Source: an uncultured Verrucomicrobia subdivision 3 bacterium
GTDB lineage: Bacteria; Verrucomicrobiota; Verrucomicrobiia; Limisphaerales; UBA11358
Length of the DNA: 64,000 nucleotides
Reading direction: 5' to 3'
Assembly (NCBI GenBank): GCA_903917705.1
Contig: CAIXBQ010000093.1
Coordinates: forward strand, 12,268 to 76,267
Of this stretch, positions 37,324 through 47,907 are shown piece after piece. How positions within the stretch are numbered: the first letter of the stretch is position 1; each line of letters opens with the position of its first letter. The translations under genes and the position numbers were made by a program. The notes beneath the pieces were generated by a model, which was not told the origin of the DNA, ran no database searches, and saw only the letters and a list, made by a program, of their open reading frames with translations.

Positions 37324-40300
37324 TCGTCATTTTGGTTGCCGTTTTTCTTCTCCCAACTGCGCCGCTGCTTCTCCGGCAAGCTGGTGTCCACCTTGGCGTA
37401 ATAGGTCTTTTCGCCAAAGAGTTTATTTGCCGCGTGTTCAAATTCCAGCGATGGCAGGATGCCGAAGCGCTCGTGCGCTCCGACGAAAACCGTTCCGCCT
37501 TCGGGGCGCATGAAACACAAAAACAGCGGGCATTTGCCCGGATGGGCGGTGACGAGTTCCTGCACTTTTTGCAAATCTTCCGGTTTAAAATGCGCCGTCT
37601 GCAAACGCAAATGAACCTGCCGGGTGTATTTTTTCGGGGCATCGGCGAGCGGCATGATGTCTTGTGGAAAAATCTTCGGGCGATCCTCGCCCGTGCTGAC
37701 TTCGCCGATGACGAGGATGGCCTTGTTTATTTCCAGCAGCGGACGGAATTTGTCGTAGTCGTTCATCACCAGCAGCTGCACCGAACCGTCCAAATCTTCC
37801 AGCGTCACCATGGAATACGGTTTGCCTGACTTTTTGGAAGTGCCGTGCGTGACGGCGGCAATCATGCCGCCAATGCGAGTCAAACTGCGGTTGGGCAGAT
37901 CGGCGAGTTTTGTGGTGTTGGTGAGCGAAAACTTTTCCAGCAAAGGCACCAGGGGGGTCAGCGGATGACCGGTGACGTAGAAGCCCAGTAATTCTTTTTC
38001 ATGGGCGAGCAGCTCGTGCTGCGGCCACTCCGGCAAATTCCGGTAGTTTTCCGGTATCGGGGCGGCTTTATCCTCGATCGCGCCGAAGAGTGTGCTCTGC
38101 CCTTTTTGTTTGTCAGAAAGAATGCTCGCCGCCCGCGCCAGGGTGCGCTCAACCTGCACGTACAACGCCGCCCGCGCCAGGCCGAAGCAATCGCACGCCC
38201 CGGTCTTGATGAACGCTTCCAACACGCGGCGGTTAATGGTGCGGCCATCCACGCGTTCGCACATGCCGGCCAGCGAGTCAAATTTGCCGCCGTCAGCCCG
38301 CGCCTTGAGCAGCAACTCCACCGCCGCCTCGCCGACGCCTTTGATGGCCGCCAGGCCGAAACGAATGGCTTTCCCATTCTGCGCCGGTGCGAAATAGACG
38401 CTGCTTTCATTCACGTCCGGGCCGAGGACTTCGATGCCCACCTCGCGTGCCTCGGCGATATATTCACTCAGTTTATCCGTGGCCGCCATGTCGTTCGTCA
38501 TCATGGCGCAGTAGAATTCCACCGGGTAATTCGCTTTCAGATACGCGGTCTGGTAAGCGACGATGGCGTAAGCGGCGGCATGCGATTTGTTGAAGCCGTA
38601 GCCGGCAAACTTTTCCAGCAAATCAAATATCTGGTTCGCCTTCGTCTTGGGGATCTGGTTTTTCTCATGGCAGCCTTTGACGAACTTCTCGCGCTGCTGC
38701 TGCATTTCCTCGACTTTCTTTTTGCCCATCGCGCGCCGCAGCAAATCCGCCGCGCCCAGCGTGAAACCGGCGAGCAACTGCGTGGCCTGCATGACCTGTT
38801 CCTGATAAATCAGGATGCCGTAGGTTTCCCTGGATATTTGTTCGAGCAGCGGGTGCTCGTACTTGATTTCAATTTCGCCATGCCGCCGCTTGATAAAATC
38901 GGGAATCAGGTCCATGGGGCCGGGGCGATACAGCGCCACGAGCGCGGTGATGTGTTCGACCGAACTGATCTGGAACTTCTTGCATAGATCGCGCATTCCG
39001 CCGGATTCCAACTGGAACACCCCGAGGGTTTCCGCGCGGTTTAGCAGGTCGTAAGTCTTCTTGTCGTCGAGCGGCAAGGCATCAATGGGAATCTCAATGG
39101 CCTGCGTGCGCTTGACCATTTCACAGGTGTTGCGGATGACGGTCAGCGTTTTCAGGCCGAGAAAATCCATCTTCAGCAGGCCCAATTCGCCGACGGGGTT
39201 CATCGCGTATTGCGTGACGAGCGTGCCGCTGTCGTCCAGCTTGAGCGGCAGCAAATTCACCAGCGGTTCCGGCCCGATAACGACGCCCGCCGCGTGAACA
39301 CTGGCGTTTCGCGTGAGGTCTTCCAGAATGAAGGCCGTATCAATTAACTCGCGCGTGACTTCTTCGGTCTCGTAGGCCTCTTTGAGCTCCGGCACCTGCT
39401 TCAGCGCTTTGGCCAGGTCCATTTTCAATTCGGCGGGAATCAATTTTGCCAGGCGGTCGCAGTCGCCATACGCCAAGCCCATCACGCGGCCCACGTCCCT
39501 CACAACGGATTTCGCGCCCATCGTGCCGAACGTGATGATCTGCGCCACCGCGTCGCGCCCGTATTTCTCGCGGACATATTCGATGACATCCGCGCGTCGG
39601 TCGTCGGCGAAATCGATGTCAATATCCGGCGGATTGACGCGCTCAGGATTCAGGAAGCGCTCAAACAGCAGGCCGTAGCGGATTGGATCCACGTTCGCGA
39701 TGTCGAGCAGGTAGGTGACGATCGAACCGGCCGCGCTGCCGCGCGCCACGCAGGAAATACCATGCTCGCGTCCGTGCCGGATAAAATCAGCGACGATGAG
39801 AAAGTACGAAATGAAACCGGTCTTCTCGATGACCGTCAGTTCCAGTTGCAACCGGTCAATGACGGCTTTGACGGCGGCGGCCACCGCCGGATCTGCCAGT
39901 CCGGTTTCTGGTGGTCTTGAGCTTCCGGTTTCAGACTTCTGGTAAGTCGGCAGCCGCGTTGGCTCATCAATCCCCGTGAGGACAAACTCTTTCCCCTCCG
40001 CTTTCGCGTGGATCGTGTAGCGGCGGAACAACCCCTCCGCGAGTTGCTGACGCAGGTAACCTTCCCGCGTGAAATGTTCCGGAGGACTGAAAACCGGGTA
40101 ATGCAGTTTGCCGAACTGGATTTCCAGATTGCATTTCTCCGCGACCTCCAAAGTGTTTTTCACCGCCTCCGGCACCTCCGCGAAGCGCGCCTTCATCTCG
40201 TCGGCGCTGCGCAGATAAAACTGCTCCGGCACATAGCCCGCGCTCATCCGCTTGGGGTCGCTCAGCATGGACTGGGTGCCGATGCAGACCAGGCAGTCAT

Positions 40301-40967
40301 GCGCGTGCGAGTGGCTTTTTTCGATGTAATGCACATCGTTGGTCGCGACGAGCTTGAGGCCGAATTCCCCGGCAAACCGGATCAATTGCTGATTCACCCT
40401 GGCCTGTTCCGGAATGCCGTGGTTTTGCAGTTCGAGGAAAAAATTCTCCGCCCCGAGCGTCTGCTTGAAGAAATCCACCGCGTCGCGCGCCTTGGCGATT
40501 TGATCCTTCATGATCAAATCCGGAATCTCGCTGGCAAGACAGCCGGACATCGCGATCAAGCCGTCGCTGTGCTTCGCCAGCAGTCCCTTGTCAATGCGCG
40601 GCTTGTAATAATAGCCCTCGATGTGCGCCGCCGTGGTGAGCTTGATGAGATTCTTATACCCGGCGTCATTTTTGGCGAGCAGGCCGAGGTGATGATAGAC
40701 ATCGCGCATGCCGGTGCTGCCTTGTTTTTTTTCCAGCATCGAGCCGGGCGCCACATAAACCTCGCAGCCGATGATGGGCTTGATGCCCTGCTCGCGGGCG
40801 GCGCGGTAGAATTCGATCGCCCCGTGCATCGCGCCGTGGTCGGTGATGGCGAGCGCGGGAAATTTCAGCTCGTGCGCCCGCTCCATCAGCTTGTCCAGCC
40901 GGCACGCGCCATCGAGCAGGGAATACTCGGTATGCAAATGCAAATGGACGAAATCAGCGTGCGACAT
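37320..40967 (-). CDS. dnaE: DNA polymerase III alpha subunit
   Basis: FVHLHLHTEYSLLDG (PHP), RGSAAGS, PDIDIDF, KMDFLGL, YGFNKSH, OB fold. Confidence 0.97.
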   Translation of the reverse strand: MSHADFVHLHLHTEYSLLDGACRLDKLMERAHELKFPALAITDHGAMHGAIEFYRAAREQGIKPIIGCEVYVAPGSMLEKKQGSTGMRDVYHHLGLLAKNDAGYKNLIKLTTAAHIEGYYYKPRIDKGLLAKHSDGLIAMSGCLASEIPDLIMKDQIAKARDAVDFFKQTLGAENFFLELQNHGIPEQARVNQQLIRFAGEFGLKLVATNDVHYIEKSHSHAHDCLVCIGTQSMLSDPKRMSAGYVPEQFYLRSADEMKARFAEVPEAVKNTLEVAEKCNLEIQFGKLHYPVFSPPEHFTREGYLRQQLAEGLFRRYTIHAKAEGKEFVLTGIDEPTRLPTYQKSETGSSRPPETGLADPAVAAAVKAVIDRLQLELTVIEKTGFISYFLIVADFIRHGREHGISCVARGSAAGSIVTYLLDIANVDPIRYGLLFERFLNPERVNPPDIDIDFADDRRADVIEYVREKYGRDAVAQIITFGTMGAKSVVRDVGRVMGLAYGDCDRLAKLIPAELKMDLAKALKQVPELKEAYETEEVTRELIDTAFILEDLTRNASVHAAGVVIGPEPLVNLLPLKLDDSGTLVTQYAMNPVGELGLLKMDFLGLKTLTVIRNTCEMVKRTQAIEIPIDALPLDDKKTYDLLNRAETLGVFQLESGGMRDLCKKFQISSVEHITALVALYRPGPMDLIPDFIKRRHGEIEIKYEHPLLEQISRETYGILIYQEQVMQATQLLAGFTLGAADLLRRAMGKKKVEEMQQQREKFVKGCHEKNQIPKTKANQIFDLLEKFAGYGFNKSHAAAYAIVAYQTAYLKANYPVEFYCAMMTNDMAATDKLSEYIAEAREVGIEVLGPDVNESSVYFAPAQNGKAIRFGLAAIKGVGEAAVELLLKARADGGKFDSLAGMCERVDGRTINRRVLEAFIKTGACDCFGLARAALYVQVERTLARAASILSDKQKGQSTLFGAIEDKAAPIPENYRNLPEWPQHELLAHEKELLGFYVTGHPLTPLVPLLEKFSLTNTTKLADLPNRSLTRIGGMIAAVTHGTSKKSGKPYSMVTLEDLDGSVQLLVMNDYDKFRPLLEINKAILVIGEVSTGEDRPKIFPQDIMPLADAPKKYTRQVHLRLQTAHFKPEDLQKVQELVTAHPGKCPLFLCFMRPEGGTVFVGAHERFGILPSLEFEHAANKLFGEKTYYAKVDTSLPEKQRRSWEKKNGNQNDE

Positions 40968-41030
40968 GGCGGATAATTTAACTTCTCAACACCAAGACAC
41001 CAAGCCGCAAAGTCTTCAGTAAACTATTTT

Positions 41031-42038
41031 TTATTCCTGGTCGGTGACGGTGTCGTGGAACTTGAGGATATCGCCCCGGTCGCCTTTGAGCTCGGCTTCC
41101 TTGAACTTGATGGCGGTGCGCGGATGCTGATTCAACATGCCGGTGAGCAAATACGGCAGGTCGTAGCCCCAGAGCAATTTGGCGCGCATGGGCTCGATGT
41201 GGTTCTGCACGCAGTTGAGCACGGGCCGCAGTTCGTATTTCGGATTGTGCAGGAAGGCGAGGAGCAATTCCATGGGACAATTCCCGGCGCCGCGGCCAAG
41301 GCCGGCCATGGTGGCATCGAGATAATTCGCGCCTTCTATGATACCCTCAATGGTGTTGGCGAACGCGAGTTGCATGTTGTTATGCATGTGAACCCCCACT
41401 TCCTTGCCGGCCGTCTTGCAGTAGCCGAGATATTTCTTCACCAGCGCGTGAACCTGCTCGCTGTAAAACGCGCCAAAACTGTCCACGACATAAATGGCCC
41501 GGGCTTCCGACTTGGCAATCATTTCGAGGCCCTCATTCAATTCGCGGTCGGGAATGGTGGAGGCGGCCATAAGATTCACGGTGGTTTCGTAGCCTTTGTC
41601 ATGCGCGTCTTTGACCATGTCCAACGCGGTCGGAATCTGGTGGATGTAAGTCGCCACGCGGATCATGTCGAGAACGGAATCCTTCTTCGGCAAAATATCC
41701 GCCTGATAATCGCAGCGTTCGGCGTCGGCCATGATGCAGAGCTTGAGCGGAGTTTGGTTGTCGCCGACAATGCGGCGCAGGGCGTCTTCGGTGCAGTATT
41801 TCCAGTCGCCATGTTCGCCGACCTTGATTTCCTTGCGCGACGCCTTGTAGCCGAGCTCCATGTAATCCACGCCCGCCGCGACGCAGGTGTCATAGACGAC
41901 CTTGACGATCTTATCGTCGAAATGGTGGTTGTTCATGAGGCCGCCGTCGCGGATGGTGCAGTCCACGACCTTGATTTCGGGGCGGAAGGAGAGCCAGCGG
42001 CTGGTGGCGTTGGCTTTGGCGGTTTTGGCGGCTTTCAT
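41031..42038 (-). CDS. HMGL-like (DRE-TIM) aldolase family protein
   Basis: DCTIRDGG, VVDSFG, HMHNNMQLA, GLGRGAGN. Confidence 0.85.
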   Translation of the reverse strand: MKAAKTAKANATSRWLSFRPEIKVVDCTIRDGGLMNNHHFDDKIVKVVYDTCVAAGVDYMELGYKASRKEIKVGEHGDWKYCTEDALRRIVGDNQTPLKLCIMADAERCDYQADILPKKDSVLDMIRVATYIHQIPTALDMVKDAHDKGYETTVNLMAASTIPDRELNEGLEMIAKSEARAIYVVDSFGAFYSEQVHALVKKYLGYCKTAGKEVGVHMHNNMQLAFANTIEGIIEGANYLDATMAGLGRGAGNCPMELLLAFLHNPKYELRPVLNCVQNHIEPMRAKLLWGYDLPYLLTGMLNQHPRTAIKFKEAELKGDRGDILKFHDTVTDQE

Positions 42039-42113
42039 ATTGGTAAAATTATTATTGGCGGTCAGCCGCCATTATTCCGGGAACCGGCGGGAATTGGACA
42101 GGATAAAAATGTG

Positions 42114-43136
42114 CTATTTCGAACCGAAAGCTTTCAGCAATGCGTCAAAAACCTGTTCCGGCGAAATATCAGCCAGGCAATGGCGTGAAGCAGTGCAGAC
42201 GGCGGAGTTGCCGTCGCACCCGCAAACTCCGCCGGTGAAAGCCCGATGTCGCTCGCCGACTGGCGCCCAGCGCGCCGGCGACGTCGGGCCAAAAAGGGAA
42301 ATGGTTGGCACACCCAGCCCGGCGGCGAAATGCAGCGGCCCGGTGTCGCCGGAAACAAACACCGCCGCCCGCGCCAGCACGGCGAGGAATAGCGGTAAGT
42401 CGGAAATCTGCGGCAAAACCACCGCGTCGGGCGCGAGGTTTTTCAGTTCCGTCATCAGCGCAGCTTCGCGTTCGCCGCGCGCGGTGGTGAAGGCCAGCCG
42501 GTAACCGGCGGCCCGGGCGAGCTGATGAAACTTGGCCCAGTGCGCCAGTGGCCATTCTTTTTTGGGCTGGCTGGAGGCGACGTGGCAAATCACGGCGCGT
42601 TCCGCCGGCAGGATTTTTTGCGCGGCGGCAGCCAGCGCGGGATCAGCGTGGATTTCTGGTTCCAATAAGCGGGGCAGGGGAATCTGCCAGCCGGATAGCA
42701 ACTGCGCGAGCCGGGCAGATTCATGCGGGGGATTTTGCTCCGGCACCACGCGGTCGGTGTAAAAATATTTTCGCCCGAAGAAACCGCCGCGTTCCGCCCA
42801 GCCCAGCCGGTGCCGGGCACCGATGAAGTAACTGAGAATGGCGCCGCGGTCATTGCTGGCGAAATCCACGGAGCGGCCGAAGCGTTCGCGGCGCAGGGCG
42901 CGCAGGAGCGGCCACGTCTCGCGCAGGCTGGCGCTCCCGCGCCGGCGCGGCATGGCCCAGACGCGCGTGAGCCACGGCACATGTTGGAACAGCGGTGCCA
43001 GTTCGGCCGGGATGAGCAGATGCAGTTCGCTCTGCGGGAACTGTTCGCGGAGCGCGCGGAGAGCCGGCGTCAGCAGCACGGCGTCGCCGAAGTATTTAAA
43101 TTGCAGCGCGAGGATTTTTTCAGGCCGGACGCTCAC
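42114..43136 (-). CDS. Glycosyltransferase family 9 (heptosyltransferase-like)
   Basis: KYFGDAVL, KEWP, SGDTGPLHFAAG; GTG at 43,136 overlaps the msbA stop. Confidence 0.9.
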   Translation of the reverse strand: MSVRPEKILALQFKYFGDAVLLTPALRALREQFPQSELHLLIPAELAPLFQHVPWLTRVWAMPRRRGSASLRETWPLLRALRRERFGRSVDFASNDRGAILSYFIGARHRLGWAERGGFFGRKYFYTDRVVPEQNPPHESARLAQLLSGWQIPLPRLLEPEIHADPALAAAAQKILPAERAVICHVASSQPKKEWPLAHWAKFHQLARAAGYRLAFTTARGEREAALMTELKNLAPDAVVLPQISDLPLFLAVLARAAVFVSGDTGPLHFAAGLGVPTISLFGPTSPARWAPVGERHRAFTGGVCGCDGNSAVCTASRHCLADISPEQVFDALLKAFGSK

Positions 43137-44968
43137 GAGGCGAATTGCAGTTCGTATAGTTTCTGGTAGATGCCGCCGCGCCGGACCAGTTCGTCGTGGT
43201 GGCCGGTCTCGACAATTTTTCCCTGGTCCAAAACCACAATCAGGTCGGCGTGGAGAATGGTCGAGAGCCGGTGGGCGATGCAAATCGTGGTGCGGCCCTT
43301 CATCAGTTCGTCCAGGGCGGTCTGCACGGCGCGCTCGGATTCCGTGTCGAGGGCGCTGGTGGCTTCGTCGAGAACCAGGATGGGCGCGTTTTTCAAAACG
43401 GCGCGGGCGATGGCAATGCGCTGGCGCTGGCCGCCGGAAAGGGAGACGCCCTTTTCGCCGATGACGGTGTCGAAGCCTTCGGGTTTATGGAGGATGAACT
43501 CAGTGGCGTAGGCGTGCTGGGCCGCGGCGGTGATTTCGTCATTCGTCGCGCCGAGCCGGCCCAGCTCGATGTTCCGGCGGATGGTGTCGTTGAACAGGAT
43601 GTTTTCCTGGGCGACGACGGCGATCTGATTGCGTAAATCGCGCGTGGAAACATCGCGCACATCCACGCCGCCGATTTTGACGGTGCCGCGCACGGGGTCG
43701 TAGAAGCGCAGCAGCAGGTTGGCGAGCGTGGTTTTGCCGGAGCCGCTGGCGCCGACAAGCGCGACAAGTTGGCCGGCTTTGACGGTGAGGTTGATGTTGC
43801 GCAGCACGGGCTTTTCACCGTAGTTGAAATCGAGGTTGTGGAATTCAATGTCGGCGTGCGAGGCGTGGAGCATCTTGGGTGCGGTCGGCTCGGGCACGGA
43901 ATTCTGGGTGGCAAGGAGTTCAAAGACGCGTTCGCTGGCGGCGCGGGCCTGATGGATCTGATTGTGCAGCCGGGTGAAGGCTTTGATGGGCGGATAGATC
44001 ATTACGATGGTCAAAACGAAGGTGAGAAAATCGGACTCTTTCGGCTGCTGGTCCTTGGGCAGGAATTGCAGGCTGTGCTGGATGTAAAAGAACACCAGCG
44101 CGATGCCGATGGCGCCAAACACCTCCATGAGCTGGCTGGGAATTTCGTTGGCGCGGATCACGCGCATTAGCTGACCGATGTATTTTTGCGTGGTGGCCCG
44201 GAATTGCGCGCTGACCGTTTCCTCCAGGTTGTAGGCCTTGATGACGCGGTTCCCCGTGAAGGATTCATGCATCAGGTTCGTCAGCTCGGCGTTGTGGGCC
44301 TGCATGGCCCGCGCGGATTTGCGGACCTTGCGGCCGTAAATGATGATCGGCACGAGGCAGATCGGAAACACGATGATGGAAATGAGCGTCAAGGTGGTGT
44401 TCGCCATCAGCTGATACCCGAGAAGACAGAAGATTGTGATTGGATCCTTGACGGCGGAGGAAAACGCGCCGCCGATGATGCCGTAAAGCACCTGGGTGTC
44501 GCTGGTGATGCGGGCAATCAAATCGCCCGTCTTGGCCTGGGTGAAAAAACCGAGGGACAGATTTTGCAGGTGGCTGAACAATTTTGTCCGAATGTCGGCG
44601 ATGGCGTGCATGGCCGACCAGTTGGTCAGGTAGGTGCTCAGGTATTGGAGCGTGTTGCGCAGGAGCATGATGGCCGGAATGGCGCTGATGATCAGTAGCC
44701 AGCTCACGGTGTTGCCCGGCGCGGGCGCATGGAATTCCGGCACCAGCAACGCCAGTTGGTGCGCGAGCGGATGAATCCATCGCGGGGCCGCCTCCAGCTT
44801 TTGGTGCAGGTCCACCTCGCCCTCAAACACGAGCTGCACCACGACCTTGACCGTGGCGATCAGCAGGCCGTTGACCAGCCCGTAAAAAATACCGCAAGCC
44901 AAGCCCAGGAAAAACCGTCCGCGATACGGGTGGACGAATTTCCAGAGCTTGCGAAGGAATTCAATCAT
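43133..44968 (-). CDS. msbA: MsbA-like lipid A ABC exporter (TMD + NBD)
   Basis: GASGSGKTT, LSGGQRQRIAIAR, LDEATSALD; located in an LPS glycosyltransferase cluster. Confidence 0.8.
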   Translation of the reverse strand: MIEFLRKLWKFVHPYRGRFFLGLACGIFYGLVNGLLIATVKVVVQLVFEGEVDLHQKLEAAPRWIHPLAHQLALLVPEFHAPAPGNTVSWLLIISAIPAIMLLRNTLQYLSTYLTNWSAMHAIADIRTKLFSHLQNLSLGFFTQAKTGDLIARITSDTQVLYGIIGGAFSSAVKDPITIFCLLGYQLMANTTLTLISIIVFPICLVPIIIYGRKVRKSARAMQAHNAELTNLMHESFTGNRVIKAYNLEETVSAQFRATTQKYIGQLMRVIRANEIPSQLMEVFGAIGIALVFFYIQHSLQFLPKDQQPKESDFLTFVLTIVMIYPPIKAFTRLHNQIHQARAASERVFELLATQNSVPEPTAPKMLHASHADIEFHNLDFNYGEKPVLRNINLTVKAGQLVALVGASGSGKTTLANLLLRFYDPVRGTVKIGGVDVRDVSTRDLRNQIAVVAQENILFNDTIRRNIELGRLGATNDEITAAAQHAYATEFILHKPEGFDTVIGEKGVSLSGGQRQRIAIARAVLKNAPILVLDEATSALDTESERAVQTALDELMKGRTTICIAHRLSTILHADLIVVLDQGKIVETGHHDELVRRGGIYQKLYELQFAS

Positions 44969-45055
44969 TGCTCGTATTTTGACAACGGCGGCGGAAAGTG
45001 AAAGTTTTGTTTTTCAACCGAATGGATATGTTTTAGCCTCCTGCCCTAATCGAGC

Positions 45056-46030
45056 ATGAGAAAAATCCGGATTGATTTCTGCGACGTCGGCGCCACCTTC
45101 AACAAGGCGGACAACTACCTGGGCAACATCCTGAAGGAGCGGTTCGATGTGGAAATCTGCGACCAGCCGGATTTTTTGATCTATGCGTGCGGCGGCGACT
45201 CCCACCGGCTGCATTCCGGGGTGCGGATTTTTCTGTCCGTGGAGTCGGACATCCCGGATTTTCGCCGGTGCGACTACGCCCTGGCTTCCGTCAAGCTGGA
45301 CGATTCGCGCCACCTGCATCTGCCCTGCTACGTCAACTACGGCCGGTATCAGGAGAGCGCCAATCCGGCGGAAATCATCAAACGGAATGATGACCACCGC
45401 CAAATCCTTGCGGCCAAGTCCAAGTTTTGCAGTTTCATTATCAGCGGCTACAATCCCGGCAAAAATGGCAACCGCGTGGAGTTTTTCCAGAAGCTGTGCC
45501 GCTACAAAAAGGTGGACAGCGGCGGCCGCAAATTCAACAACATCGGCGGCCCCATTCCCGGTGGCCCCCGCGGCAAGGTTGATTTTCTGCGCCAGTATAA
45601 ATTCAACATCGCGTTCGAGAACCGGTCGCTGCCCGGCTACACCACGGAGAAAATCTACGAGCCGATGATCGCGCGCTGTCTGCCGATCTATTGGGGCGAT
45701 CCGGACATCAGCGATCATTTCAATCCCCGGAGCTTCCTGAACCGCGCGGATTTTCCCAGCGACGAGGCGCTCATTGAGAAAATCATCGAGCTGGACAACG
45801 ACGACGAGAAATACCTGGAATACATGCGCCAGCCGTATTTTCACCACGACCAGCCCAACCGGTTTTTCGACCACCAGCGCATCCTCGATTTTTTTGAGAA
45901 AATCTACACGCAGAAAATCACGCCGGTGGCCCAGCGGCGCGGAAAATTCCATTTCCTCCGCCGCTGCTTCGGCCGCTGGAAAATCGTCAAGCGCCACCAC
46001 TGGCACAAGATGAATGTCCCCGGCTGGTGA
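45056..46030 (+). CDS. Glycosyltransferase family 10 (alpha-1,3-fucosyltransferase-like)
   Basis: KFCSFIIS, VDSGG, YKFNIAFEN, GYTTEKI, PIYWG. Confidence 0.9.
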   Translation: MRKIRIDFCDVGATFNKADNYLGNILKERFDVEICDQPDFLIYACGGDSHRLHSGVRIFLSVESDIPDFRRCDYALASVKLDDSRHLHLPCYVNYGRYQESANPAEIIKRNDDHRQILAAKSKFCSFIISGYNPGKNGNRVEFFQKLCRYKKVDSGGRKFNNIGGPIPGGPRGKVDFLRQYKFNIAFENRSLPGYTTEKIYEPMIARCLPIYWGDPDISDHFNPRSFLNRADFPSDEALIEKIIELDNDDEKYLEYMRQPYFHHDQPNRFFDHQRILDFFEKIYTQKITPVAQRRGKFHFLRRCFGRWKIVKRHHWHKMNVPGW

Positions 46031-47094
46031 AACCCGCGCGCATGACCGCCCCGCCGGAAACATTTTTTGACCGCACCCGGAACGCCAGGAAAGTCATGGT
46101 CCTCGACCTCGGCTTTCTCGGCGACACCATCCACCTGCTGCCCGCGCTCTGGCGGGTGCGGCAGGCGTATCCGCAGGCCGAACTGCATGTGACGGTTTCC
46201 ACCCACATCACCTCGCTCATGAACTGCGTGCCGTGGGTAAACCGCACCTGGGGCTACATGCGCTATCCACGCCACGCCACGCTGCGCGAAAACTTACAAA
46301 TGGTCGCCGCGCTCCGGCGTGAAAAATTCGACGTCGTCATCAACCTCAACGGCTCCGACCGGTCAAGCTGGCTGACGTTTCTCAGCGGCGCGCGCGAGCG
46401 GTTGGGCCGGATGCCGGACGACGGCGGTCCGCTGTTTTGGCGGCGGATGTTCACCGCGCACGTGCATTATCCGTTCGAGCCGGATCCGCTTTATGTCCAG
46501 CGCTGCCGCTGTCTGGAAAAAGCGGGTTTCCCGTTCACGCGGCCGGAATTTCATACGCAGGTTGATCCGGCGGGTTTGCGGGCGGCGGAAATATCCGCTG
46601 ATGACCGGGGAAACTATTTTCATCTCAGCCCCTTCACCACGGCCGATTACAAGGAGTTGCCGCCGGCCCAACTGGTGGAACTGATCGCCGCGCTGGCGAA
46701 AAATTTTCCCGCAAAAAAAATCGTCCTGTCCTGCGCGCCGACGGAGCGTGAGCAGAAGAAAATGGCGGAACTGCTCGCCCTGCTGCCGGAAAAACCGTGG
46801 CGCGTGTTGACCGGCAACTTGAATCTCACCCAGCTCGCCGCTGTCATCCAGCACAGCGCGCTGCATTTCTGCGGCGATACCGGGCCGTTCCATCTGGCGG
46901 TGATGACGAATGCGCCGGCCGTCGCGTGGTTTTGGCCCAATCCCGGCCTGAGCCAGTGGGTGCCCACCGGTGATAAATACCGCGTGCTCGTTGGCGCCAA
47001 CGAGCCGGGCGCGCAATATCTCCGCCAGATTGACACCGGCGAACTGATCCGCGCCGCGCAATCCGTTCTGGCTGGCGGCGCGGGCAATCGCTAG
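46027..47094 (+). CDS. Glycosyltransferase family 9
   Basis: GFLGDTIH, FDVVINL, CGDTGPFHLA. Confidence 0.88.
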   Translation: MKPARMTAPPETFFDRTRNARKVMVLDLGFLGDTIHLLPALWRVRQAYPQAELHVTVSTHITSLMNCVPWVNRTWGYMRYPRHATLRENLQMVAALRREKFDVVINLNGSDRSSWLTFLSGARERLGRMPDDGGPLFWRRMFTAHVHYPFEPDPLYVQRCRCLEKAGFPFTRPEFHTQVDPAGLRAAEISADDRGNYFHLSPFTTADYKELPPAQLVELIAALAKNFPAKKIVLSCAPTEREQKKMAELLALLPEKPWRVLTGNLNLTQLAAVIQHSALHFCGDTGPFHLAVMTNAPAVAWFWPNPGLSQWVPTGDKYRVLVGANEPGAQYLRQIDTGELIRAAQSVLAGGAGNR

Positions 47095-47115
47095 ACTGGC
47101 GGCGTCAAATTTGCA

Positions 47116-47907
47116 ATGAAACCGCCCGCCCAACTGCCCGTTTCCGTTTGCATCATCGCCGGGAACGAGGCGCACCGCATCACCCCCACGCTGCAAAGCG
47201 TCGCGGACTGGGCCCGCGAAATCATCGTCGTCCTCAATGACGACGTGAATGACGGCACCGACAAAATCGTGGCGTCGTTTGGCGGGAAGGTTTTTCGCGA
47301 GCCGTGGAAGGGCAACATCGAGCAAAACCGCTCCGCCGCGGAAAAAGCCGCCGGCGACTGGTTGCTGGCGCTCGACGCCGATGAGGTGGTTTCGCCCGAA
47401 CTGCGCGCCAGCATTGAAAAGCTATTTTCCCAGCCGGAAAAACTGAACCGCTGCGCCGCCTACGAATTTCCCCGCTGCACCTTGTATTATGATCGGTGGA
47501 TCCGGCACGGCGAATGGTATCCGGACCGCAAGCTGCGCCTCTGGCGGCGCGGCCAGGGCAGCTGGGGCGGCGTGTTTCCGCATGGCAAAGTCATCGTCAC
47601 CGGCCCGGTCGGAAAACTGCGCGGCGACCTGCTGCATTACAGCATGGAAAGCGTCGAACACCAGATCCGCAAGACCATCCGCTACGCCGATGAATTCGTG
47701 CAGGACCGCCGCGCTAAAAATCGCCGTGTCACTTTTCTCGAACTGCTGGTCCGACCGCCGTGGCGCTTTTTTCGCGGGTATGTTTTCCGGCTGGGATTTC
47801 TGGACGGTTGGCAGGGCCTGACCATCGCGTGGATGACGGCGTTTTACACGTTTCTCCGTTACTTCAAGGCCTTTGAAGCCCAATCACGCCACATGCCTGA
47901 ACCATGA
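47116..47907 (+). CDS. Glycosyltransferase family 2 (WaaE/KdtX-like)
   Basis: VSVCIIAGNE, WLLALDADE, YPDRKLRLW, GFLDG. Confidence 0.9.
   Translation: MKPPAQLPVSVCIIAGNEAHRITPTLQSVADWAREIIVVLNDDVNDGTDKIVASFGGKVFREPWKGNIEQNRSAAEKAAGDWLLALDADEVVSPELRASIEKLFSQPEKLNRCAAYEFPRCTLYYDRWIRHGEWYPDRKLRLWRRGQGSWGGVFPHGKVIVTGPVGKLRGDLLHYSMESVEHQIRKTIRYADEFVQDRRAKNRRVTFLELLVRPPWRFFRGYVFRLGFLDGWQGLTIAWMTAFYTFLRYFKAFEAQSRHMPEP

Noticed and set aside
39860-40020. Intein in dnaE
   Set aside because: Too short, and no C/S...HN splice-junction motifs.
41055-42188. Long antisense ORFs (also 31,641-32,864, 38,001-38,987, 57,503-58,705 and the 5' part of 60,880-62,283)
   Set aside because: Typical high-GC shadow frames opposite genes with clear motifs.
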